This document shows, piece after piece, positions 56,272 through 64,000 of a stretch of DNA of 64,000 nucleotides. Origin of the DNA: Pedobacter sp. (GTDB lineage: Bacteria > Desulfobacterota > Desulfuromonadia > Desulfuromonadales > Syntrophotaleaceae); the NCBI GenBank assembly GCA_050253415.1, contig JBFWJC010000004.1, forward strand, positions 256,001-320,000. Reading direction: 5' to 3'. The notes under the pieces were generated by a model, which had not been told where the DNA came from, searched no databases, and was given only the letters and a program-made list of their open reading frames with translations. Within the stretch, counting starts at the first letter, position 1, and every line of letters begins with the position of its first letter. The position numbers and the translations under genes were made by a program.

Positions 56272-58116
56272 ATGTCCCATTCCTGCTGCGGCGCGGTGGC
56301 CTGTGCAACATCAGGCCAGAGAAAAATAGTTCTGGTCGGCAATCCCAATGTCGGCAAGTCGATCTTCTTCAGCTCCTGGAGCGGCATCTATGCCGATGTT
56401 TCCAACTTTCCCGGGACCACGGTTGAGATCAGTTCCGGCAAAATCGGCGAAGATGTGTTGTTGGATACCCCCGGTGTCTACGGAGTGTCTTCCTTCAACG
56501 ACGAGGAACGCGTTGCACGCGATGTTATTCTAACCGCCGATGTGGCGGTTAATGTGGTTGATGCCACCCATCTGGAGCGAGACCTGTTTCTGACTTTGCA
56601 ACTGGTCGACATGGGCATCCCCATGGTGGTTGCACTGAATTTTTGCGATGAGGCGGAAAGCCTTGGCATCCGCATCGATGCACGAAAGCTGGAGGACCAA
56701 CTCGGCGTACCGGTTATTCCAACCGCTGCGGTCAAAAATAGCGGTATCAAAGAAGTGTTCGCAGCCCTGCCCCTGGCCCGGCCGGGATTGTGCCACCCCG
56801 AAGTAGATCAAGCGGTAACCAAACTGCTCGACCGCATCGATACCCGTCCCGAGGCGCTGATGGTGCTTGAAGGGGATGAAGTGGTGGCCGAGCGTCACGG
56901 AGTTGACCCGGAAAACGATCGTGAGCGTGTCTACCTGTTGCGCCGCCAGAAGGCCAACGAGATCGTTGCCGCGACTGTCACCCGCCCCGAAAAATCGGCT
57001 CGGTTGCGAGACCTTCTGGGGCGACTGTGCCTGCATCCGGCAAGTGGTCTGCTGATTTTACTCGCAGTGTTGTGGGGCTGCTATGAACTCATCGGCGTCT
57101 GGGTAGCCGGCGACATCGTCGGGCTGACGGAAGAAACAATCATGCAGGGGCACTGGGAACCATGGATCCGAGGCCTGGTTAACCCTATCGTCTCGGAAAG
57201 TTCGGTTTTCGGGCAAATCCTGATTGGCGAGTTCGGTGTGCTGACGATGACGATCACCTACCTGCTCGGCCTGCTGCTGCCGCTGGTCATCGGTTTTTAT
57301 GTGGCTCTGTCAATTCTCGAGGATTCCGGTTATCTGCCTCGACTGGCGACCTTTGTCGATCGCCTGATGACCGGCATAGGCCTCAATGGTCGCGCCGTGA
57401 TCCCGATGATTCTCGGCTTTGGTTGCGTACAGCTCGGTACCATCACCACCCGTATCCTTGGCAGCAAGCGCGAGCGTACCATCGCCACCTCGATTCTGAA
57501 TTTCGTTATACCCTGCAGTGCCCAGATCGGTGTCATTGCCGGCATGCTGGCCGCGGTCGGGTTTGCTTTGAGCATGACGTACGTCGCGATCATCTTCGCC
57601 TGCCTGGCGGTAATCGGCACCGTCCTTAACAAAGTTATCCCCGGTAAAAGCAGTGCCCTGCTTATCGATCTGCCCCCCATGCGTTTGCCGCGCCCGACCA
57701 ACGTGCTGCGCAAAACCTTGATCCGCTCGTTCTTTTTTATGAAGGAAGCGTACATCTGGTTTTTTGCCGGTTCCCTGGGCGTATCCCTATTGCAAGTAAC
57801 AGGCGGTCTCAAAGCCTGGCAAGATCTGGTTGCACCCTTGACCGAAGGCTGGTTGCATCTTCCCAAGGAGGCCGCCACCGCATTCGTCATGGGCATGGTG
57901 CGACGCGACTTCGGTGCCGCGGGACTGACCGATCTGGCGCTGTCACCCTGGCAGGTGGTTGTCTCCCTGGTGGTCATCACTTTGTTTGTACCCTGCATCG
58001 CAAGCTTGATGATTCTGTTCAAGGAGCGCGGGGTCAAGGAAGCTGTAACCGTTTGGTTGGGTGCATGGGTACTGGCTTTCAGTGTCGGCGGTATCCTCGC
58101 CCAGATCGTACTCTAG
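56272..58116 (+). CDS. feoB: Ferrous iron transport protein B
   Basis: GNPNVGKS, NFPGTTV, DTPG, EDSGYLPR, LGFGC, PCSAQ. Confidence 0.96.
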   Translation: MSHSCCGAVACATSGQRKIVLVGNPNVGKSIFFSSWSGIYADVSNFPGTTVEISSGKIGEDVLLDTPGVYGVSSFNDEERVARDVILTADVAVNVVDATHLERDLFLTLQLVDMGIPMVVALNFCDEAESLGIRIDARKLEDQLGVPVIPTAAVKNSGIKEVFAALPLARPGLCHPEVDQAVTKLLDRIDTRPEALMVLEGDEVVAERHGVDPENDRERVYLLRRQKANEIVAATVTRPEKSARLRDLLGRLCLHPASGLLILLAVLWGCYELIGVWVAGDIVGLTEETIMQGHWEPWIRGLVNPIVSESSVFGQILIGEFGVLTMTITYLLGLLLPLVIGFYVALSILEDSGYLPRLATFVDRLMTGIGLNGRAVIPMILGFGCVQLGTITTRILGSKRERTIATSILNFVIPCSAQIGVIAGMLAAVGFALSMTYVAIIFACLAVIGTVLNKVIPGKSSALLIDLPPMRLPRPTNVLRKTLIRSFFFMKEAYIWFFAGSLGVSLLQVTGGLKAWQDLVAPLTEGWLHLPKEAATAFVMGMVRRDFGAAGLTDLALSPWQVVVSLVVITLFVPCIASLMILFKERGVKEAVTVWLGAWVLAFSVGGILAQIVL

Positions 58117-58126
58117 GAATACAGCT

Positions 58127-58282
58127 ATGAAATGGTTGGATAAAAACAAAAAATCAGGTCACAACCCAGCGGCCTGCCCCAGTTGTGGGTGTCCGCTTCA
58201 GGACCGAAGCTGGCAGCAGTGCCCGCGCTGCCGACAAGAACTGCCCGGTTGCCAGGGGTGTGGAAATTGCAAAGGTCATTAA
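58127..58282 (+). CDS. Small Cys-rich protein following feoB, 51 aa
   Basis: CPSCGC..CPRC..CQGCGNC. Confidence 0.6.
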   Translation: MKWLDKNKKSGHNPAACPSCGCPLQDRSWQQCPRCRQELPGCQGCGNCKGH

Positions 58283-58328
58283 TAACTTTCAATTCTAAAA
58301 TCTGATAATTGTCAGGAGGTTTAACCCG

Positions 58329-59447
58329 ATGAAATCGCTTTCCCGAAATTTTTTCACTGCGGTCCTTGCCGCCTCACTGATTGTATGCCCCATGACCGCT
58401 ATGGCCGCTCACCCCGGCGATGGCAGCAGCGAAATCGAAAACCTCAAACGGCGTATCGAAGCCCTGGAGGCCGAAAGGACCGAGGCAAAAGAAGAGAAGG
58501 AGAGTCCCCTGTCGTTGGGAAGTCTGGCCGACAAGATCGCCGTGCATGGACTGATTGAGCTTGAAGCCATGTACAACAAGCCCGAAGGTGGCGATGAAAG
58601 CAGCGACCTGTCCCTGGCGACAGTGGAACTGGGGCTCGACATCCAGGCCACCGACTACCTCGGCGGCCACATCCTGCTGCTGTGGGAGGAAGGCGAAACC
58701 GAACCCGTTGATCTGGACGAGGCTGTGATCCGATTGACCTATCCCCGCCCCCTGTGGGGTGTGACGGCTGGTTTCACCGGCGGAAAAATGTATGTGCCAT
58801 TCGGTAAGTTCAACAGTTTCATGATCACCGACCCACTGACCCTGGATCTCGGCGAGACCAACCAGAGTGCCGGATTGCTGACTTTTGAAGGTGAAAAATG
58901 GCTCCTGCAGGCGGGGGCTTTCAGCGGCGAAACCGACACCAACGGCGACAACGACACGATCGATGGTTGGGTAGCGGCGCTGGAGATTCAGCCGACGGAG
59001 CAATTCGGATTCGGCGCTTCGCTGATCAGCGATCTGGCCGAAAGCGATATCGAACTGGTCGCGGACGAAGCTTTGTACGACGAAAGCGTTATCGCCGCCT
59101 CGGCATGGATTTCATACCAGCTCGGCCAATTCGGCCTGGAAGCGGAATATGTCACCGCCCTGGACCGGTTTGAATCAGCCCTGATCGGACTCTCCGACCT
59201 GACCGGCGACCGGCCAAGCGCCTGGAACCTGGAATTGGCCTGGATGCCTTCGGATCGTTGGCAAGTCGCTGGACGCTACGAACAGGCCGATGATTTTCAA
59301 AACGACGTAACCCGCTACGGTGCCACCGCTTCTTACGGTCTGATTGAACATGCAGTGCTGGCGGTCGAGTACCTGCACAGCGACGCCAAGGGCCCTGACG
59401 GCGCCACCGACCATACGGTCACCGCACAACTGGCATTCGAATTCTGA
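58329..59447 (+). CDS. Outer-membrane beta-barrel, LbtU-like porin
   Basis: AGGAGG RBS; signal peptide, coiled coil, GKMYVPFG..DPLTLDLGET, C-terminal AFEF. Confidence 0.8.
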   Translation: MKSLSRNFFTAVLAASLIVCPMTAMAAHPGDGSSEIENLKRRIEALEAERTEAKEEKESPLSLGSLADKIAVHGLIELEAMYNKPEGGDESSDLSLATVELGLDIQATDYLGGHILLLWEEGETEPVDLDEAVIRLTYPRPLWGVTAGFTGGKMYVPFGKFNSFMITDPLTLDLGETNQSAGLLTFEGEKWLLQAGAFSGETDTNGDNDTIDGWVAALEIQPTEQFGFGASLISDLAESDIELVADEALYDESVIAASAWISYQLGQFGLEAEYVTALDRFESALIGLSDLTGDRPSAWNLELAWMPSDRWQVAGRYEQADDFQNDVTRYGATASYGLIEHAVLAVEYLHSDAKGPDGATDHTVTAQLAFEF

Positions 59448-59537
59448 AGTTTCACAGACACTAACCCACCATAACAAACCTGCATGGGCGGCCTTTTCAG
59501 GCCGCCTGTTTTTCTGCGACAGACTGGCGCACCACAC

Positions 59538-59568
59538 AAAAAAGGCCGGGACAAACCCGGCCTTTTTT
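59538..59568. terminator. Bidirectional terminator
   Basis: aaaaaggccggg..cccggcctttttt between convergent genes. Confidence 0.8.
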
Positions 59569-59606
59569 CCTATCACGTGCTTCCGTTACGACCACGGGGA
59601 CCGTAG

Positions 59607-60371
59607 TTACTGGAACAATCCCACCCCTCCGATGGAATAGGCCCGCCGGTTAGGCGTCCCTTTCGTCTCCGGGATATGCAGGCGACTGCCGCTCCGGAGC
59701 GGGTCGGAAAACAGTAAGGTGTGGGCAGTTTTTTCATCGTAGGGAATCCCTACCGGGCCTTCAAACATAAAACCGAGAATATCTCCTGCCTGAACCGCCA
59801 TCGGGACCGCAAGGTCAATTTGTTCCAAACCGGTGGCAGCAACCTGGAGAGGTTCGGAGACCTGAACCACTTCCCACTGTTCTTCTACCGGTCGTAAAAT
59901 CAGCAGGCGCAGCCGGCAGGGGGCAATGAAATACCCCCTGACCGCCAGCAACGTGCCATTACCGGGCAACCGGTTGCCACTGTCGACCAGAGTGAGGTTT
60001 TCGTCGCCGCTATGCTGACGATTGACCAGTTCCGCACCGATATAATCGAAGAAATCCTGCCGCAGGGAAAACTCCCTCAGGGTTTCCATTTGCTCCTGGG
60101 CAAAGCTACGCATGGCCTTGCGCAATTGGTCCGCTTCTTCCACTCGTGCACGTTTTTCCCTTTGCAGCGTACCGGAGACTCGAATCAGATCGGCAACTTT
60201 GTCATTGAGTGCGGCTTTCTCGGCAGTCAGGGTCTGGATATCTTGATGTGCCAGAGTCAGGCTTTCCTGAAGCTGTTGATTTTCTTGCCGTAAACGCTTT
60301 AAGCGATCACCCGATCCTGCGCATCCACCAAGTAAACTCGCAACCATAACAACTATTAAAATGTGGCGCAT
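59607..60371 (-). CDS. Hypothetical lipoprotein with coiled coil
   Basis: GGAGG RBS; lipobox LLGGC. Confidence 0.75.
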   Translation of the reverse strand: MRHILIVVMVASLLGGCAGSGDRLKRLRQENQQLQESLTLAHQDIQTLTAEKAALNDKVADLIRVSGTLQREKRARVEEADQLRKAMRSFAQEQMETLREFSLRQDFFDYIGAELVNRQHSGDENLTLVDSGNRLPGNGTLLAVRGYFIAPCRLRLLILRPVEEQWEVVQVSEPLQVAATGLEQIDLAVPMAVQAGDILGFMFEGPVGIPYDEKTAHTLLFSDPLRSGSRLHIPETKGTPNRRAYSIGGVGLFQ

Positions 60372-60971
60372 CGATGCCTCCAGAAAAAACTCATAGCAGA
60401 TATGCCACATACTTTAACAAAACATGCCGGCAGAGGAAACCCGGAACTTGTTATTTTTAGTAACATACCAGCTATCTTGCCACGAAACTTGACACATTGG
60501 AAAAACTCGAAAAGCTTTCCGCTGGAACGCTTCAAAACCTTTAAAAACCAGGCGACCGGTGTTATTCCACCAAAGATTCGTCCACGGAATGTGTCGGACG
60601 GGTTATGGAGGAGAGTGACTTTTCTTGAAACCGTTTTACAACATTCCTTATGGTCTGGTCCTCCTCAACCCTGTAGAAGTCAACCGGATTATCCTTGAGC
60701 ATGTAGAATGATTTTTCACCGAGACGGAAAGTAAGCAGCACATCGACTTTCTGCATAAAACCGTTTTGACAACCTTCATTCCAATGAACTTTTCCCGCCA
60801 GATCCGCCAGATCCGCAAGATGATGGGCACGATGCAACGGTCTGCGCCATGCCTCCATAATCCATGATCCCCGCAGCAAGTCCTCCAAGGTCTGTTAAAA
60901 TGAACCTGGGAAAATAGCCTTCTGCCGGAGAAAACCATCTCCGCCACCCCGTGTATGGAGGTTCCTCTCCG

Positions 60972-61700
60972 ATGAAGACCATGCACCTGCCTTTTACCAT
61001 TTTGCCACAACCGGATGAGATTACCTGCGGCCCGACCTGCCTGCATGCCGTCTATCGCTATTTTGATCGCGAACGTCCCCTGCAGCAAGTTATCCAGGAG
61101 GTGCCGATGTTGGAGGGAGGTGGCACCCTGGCGGTACTACTGGCCTGCCATGCCTTGCAGAACGGTTTTCGCGCCACGATATACAGCTACAAGATGCAGC
61201 TGTTCGATCCGACCTGGCTGCTGCCCGGCGGGCCGGATCTGCGTGAACGATTGCAGGCACAAATGCTGTTCAAGGATGACCCGAAGCTGCATGCCGCCTC
61301 CCGCGGTTACCTGCGGTTTCTGGAACTGGGCGGTCAATTGCGGTTGGAGGACTTGACCCTCGACCTGATCCGGCGTTACGTCAAACGCGGCTTGCCGATC
61401 ATCACCGGCCTCAGCGCCACCTATCTGTACCGCACCCCCCGCGAATATGGCCCGCAATGCGAATTTGACGATGTACGCGGCGAACCTTCAGGGCATTTTG
61501 TTGTCCTGTGCGGCTACAACCGGGACCGGCGTACCATTGCTGTGGCCGACCCGCTACTGCCCAACCCGGTCGCAGATAAGCCAATCTACGAAGTTCCCAT
61601 CGAAAGGGTGGTGTGCGCAATTTTGCTCGGCGTACTGACTTACGATGCCAACCTGCTGATCATTCAGCCACGACACGAACGGCATCATCATGGCTCTTGA
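60972..61700 (+). CDS. Peptidase C39-like (papain-fold) protein
   Basis: QPDEITCGPTCL, GHFVVLCGY, VADP. Confidence 0.85.
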   Translation: MKTMHLPFTILPQPDEITCGPTCLHAVYRYFDRERPLQQVIQEVPMLEGGGTLAVLLACHALQNGFRATIYSYKMQLFDPTWLLPGGPDLRERLQAQMLFKDDPKLHAASRGYLRFLELGGQLRLEDLTLDLIRRYVKRGLPIITGLSATYLYRTPREYGPQCEFDDVRGEPSGHFVVLCGYNRDRRTIAVADPLLPNPVADKPIYEVPIERVVCAILLGVLTYDANLLIIQPRHERHHHGS

Positions 61701-63174
61701 ATCCCTGATCGTCGTTGACGACCCATGTGCCTGGCCGCTCAAGATTCCGGGCACGGAACTGGTGACAGCGCGTAACTACCTGACGGAACCGGAGTATCAA
61801 ACCCGGCGCCGGGTCAAGGTGTTCAATCTCTGCCGCTCCTATCGCTACCAGAGCCTGGGCTATTACGTATCCCTGCTTGCCGAGGCTCGCGGCCATCACC
61901 CCCTGCCCGGCGTCACCGCCATTCAGGACCTCAAATCGGCCAGCATTATTCGCATCGTTTCGGATGAACTCGACGAGCTGATCCAGAAAACGCTACGCCC
62001 TCTGCGGTCCGGGGAATTCGTTCTCAGCATCTATCTGGGTCGCAATCTGGCCAAGCGTTACGACCGGCTCGGCCAGCAACTGTTCAATCTGTTTCCGGCA
62101 CCGTTTCTGCGAGCCTTTTTTGTGTACAGCACCAAACGGGAAAAGTGGCAATTGCAGAACATCTTTCCCCTGTCGACAAGTGAAATCCCTGAGGAACACC
62201 GGTCTTTTGCCCTGGATATGGCGCGCGAATATTTCCAGGGCATCCGGCCGCGACCGGTCAGGCGTAATCGCGCGCGCTTCGACCTGGCGATTCTGGTGAA
62301 CCCTGACGAGGCAGAGCCTCCGTCTGACACCCGCGCCTTGCGCCGGTTTTTACGCGCCGCCCGGGAGGTAGGGTTTGCTCCGGAATTGATCGGACGCGAA
62401 GACTTCGGGAGGTTGGCCGAATTCGATGCGCTGTTTTTGCGTGAAACCACCAATGTCAATCATCACACCTACCGATTCGCGCGCCGCGCCGCCGCCGAAG
62501 GTTTGGCCGTGGTCGACCATCCTGAATCGATCCTCAAATGCTCCAACAAAGTGTTTCTGGCGGAGTTGCTGCGCCGCCATCACATAGCCATCCCGACCAC
62601 CATGATTCTGCATCGCTCCACACCCGACCCGGTATTGAAAACCCTTGGACTGCCTTGCATTCTCAAAAAACCGGACGGCTCCTTTTCCCGCGGAATGGTA
62701 CGTGTCGAACAACCGGGGCACCTGCGCGGACAGATCGCGCAACTGCTCACGCAGTCCGACCTGGTGATCGCACAGCAATATCTGCCAACCGCTTTCGATT
62801 GGCGCATCGGCGTTTTTGACCGACAGCCTCTGTATGCCTGCCGCTACTACATGGCCGACAAGCACTGGCAGATCCTGCGCCACGCTCCCGACGGCAAGCT
62901 CCTTGACGAAGGCCGCTGGGATACCTTGCCCATCGAAGAAGTCCCGGCAACGGTCATCGCCACGGCTCTCAAGGCGGCCAACCTCATCGGCGACGGGCTC
63001 TATGGCGTGGATCTCAAGCAGGTAGGCAGACGCGTCTATGTCATCGAAATCAATGACAATCCCAATGTCGACGCCGGCGTGGAGGATGCGATCCTTAAAG
63101 ATGAGCTCTACCGGCGCATCATGCAGGGCATCATGCGCCGCGTGGAACGACACAAAGGGATATCCAAGGTATGA
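61690..63174 (+). CDS. RimK-like ATP-grasp ligase with N-terminal extension
   Basis: NLCRSYRYQSLGYYVSLLAEARGH, KPDGSFSRG, FDWRIG, YGVDLK, IEINDNP. Confidence 0.9.
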   Translation: MALESLIVVDDPCAWPLKIPGTELVTARNYLTEPEYQTRRRVKVFNLCRSYRYQSLGYYVSLLAEARGHHPLPGVTAIQDLKSASIIRIVSDELDELIQKTLRPLRSGEFVLSIYLGRNLAKRYDRLGQQLFNLFPAPFLRAFFVYSTKREKWQLQNIFPLSTSEIPEEHRSFALDMAREYFQGIRPRPVRRNRARFDLAILVNPDEAEPPSDTRALRRFLRAAREVGFAPELIGREDFGRLAEFDALFLRETTNVNHHTYRFARRAAAEGLAVVDHPESILKCSNKVFLAELLRRHHIAIPTTMILHRSTPDPVLKTLGLPCILKKPDGSFSRGMVRVEQPGHLRGQIAQLLTQSDLVIAQQYLPTAFDWRIGVFDRQPLYACRYYMADKHWQILRHAPDGKLLDEGRWDTLPIEEVPATVIATALKAANLIGDGLYGVDLKQVGRRVYVIEINDNPNVDAGVEDAILKDELYRRIMQGIMRRVERHKGISKV

Positions 63175-64000
63175 ATACACCGGCCCCGTTGCATCTGTTC
63201 GAAGGAATCGGCGTCGAGCTCGAATACATAATCGTCAACCGGCACTCCCTGGCGGTGCTGCCGGTGGCCGACCAGCTTTTGGCCGCCCAGGCCGGGTGGA
63301 TAACCGACGAGGTCGAGGTCGGCCCATTGCGGTGGTCCAACGAACTGGTCCTGCATGTCGTCGAGTTGAAAACCAACGGCCCGGCGACGGGCTTGCATGG
63401 CCTGACAGATCACTTTAAGGAAGGCGTTGCGGCCATCAACCGACGATTGCAGGCATTGGACGGTCAGCTGATGCCGACGGCCATGCACCCCTGGATGGAT
63501 CCCGCCCGCGACAGTCATCTGTGGCCCCACGACAACAGTCTGATATACCAGACCTACCATCGTATTTTTGACTGTCGCGGTCACGGTTGGGTTAACCTGC
63601 AAAGCTGCCACCTGAACCTGCCGTTTTGCGGCGACGACGAATTCGGCCGCCTGCATGCCGCCATCCGTCTTCTACTGCCGATATTGCCGGCACTGGCGGC
63701 CAGTTCGCCTTTCATGGATGGGATCCCCAGCGGTCTTCTCGACACCCGGTTGCAGGTCTACCGGGATAACCAAAAACGCATTCCTCTGATCACCGGGAGG
63801 GTCATCCCCGAACCGCTATTCACCCGCAGCGCCTACCAGAAAGGTATCTTGCAGCCTCTGTACCGCGCCATTGCCGATTACGATCCGGAAGGCGTGTTAC
63901 AGGATGAATGGCTCAATTCACGAGGTGCCATCGCCCGTTTCGACCGCAATACCATCGAGATCCGCACCCTGGATGTGCAGGAAACCCCTATGGCCGACCT
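63171..64000 (+). CDS. Glutamate--cysteine ligase GCS2-family protein (runs off window)
   Basis: MNTPAPLHLFEGIGVELEY.., SNELVLHVVELKT, AMHPWM, NLQSCHLNLP, NSRGAIARF..IEIR; ATGA overlap. Confidence 0.88.
   Translation, partial: MNTPAPLHLFEGIGVELEYIIVNRHSLAVLPVADQLLAAQAGWITDEVEVGPLRWSNELVLHVVELKTNGPATGLHGLTDHFKEGVAAINRRLQALDGQLMPTAMHPWMDPARDSHLWPHDNSLIYQTYHRIFDCRGHGWVNLQSCHLNLPFCGDDEFGRLHAAIRLLLPILPALAASSPFMDGIPSGLLDTRLQVYRDNQKRIPLITGRVIPEPLFTRSAYQKGILQPLYRAIADYDPEGVLQDEWLNSRGAIARFDRNTIEIRTLDVQETPMAD

Noticed and set aside
60400..60950. Short ORFs or a riboswitch in the divergent intergenic region
   Set aside because: No RBS-supported ORF or recognisable RNA motif

Overview
GC-rich bacterial chromosomal window. 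Gene content (CXXCH-type nrfHA, cooS/cooF, feoAB with an LbtU-like porin, long multicopy intergenic repeats) suggests a Desulfuromonadia deltaproteobacterium such as Pelobacter/Syntrophotalea; this is inference. From left to right: (1) a decayed, AT-rich 'reverse' integron (intI 3' remnant, attI core, one intact and one truncated attC, two cassettes, one HEPN-like) with RAYT-transposase remnants; (2) an uncharacterised four-gene operon (large GS/GCS-fold-like protein, Psd-like decarboxylase, divergent Lgt, DUF2062); (3) four arrays of a ~500-520 bp modular palindromic repeat; (4) an ECF sigma/anti-sigma locus with two matching promoters; (5) an OlsF-like/GT4/EAL-CBS-GGDEF/PAP2/MCP cluster; (6) a rimK cluster, SulP, dus, nrfHA and a P-type ATPase pseudogene; (7) a Fur-boxed Fe3+ ABC transporter, RcnR/CsoR-DmeF, Ca/Na antiporter and Rrf2-cooS-cooF-FAD oxidoreductase; (8) FMN riboswitch-ribB, a 217-bp tandem array of putative anti-SD sRNA genes, feoAB-porin, and a C39-like/RimK-like/GCS2 operon cut by the window end. 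Best candidate new system: three promoters share an 11-bp-periodic Pho-box-like motif exactly 10 bp from a -10 element. This places the unknown ligase/Psd/Lgt/DUF2062 operon in the same putative phosphate-starvation regulon as recognisable phosphorus-free-lipid genes. All calls come from reading motifs by eye; no searches were run.
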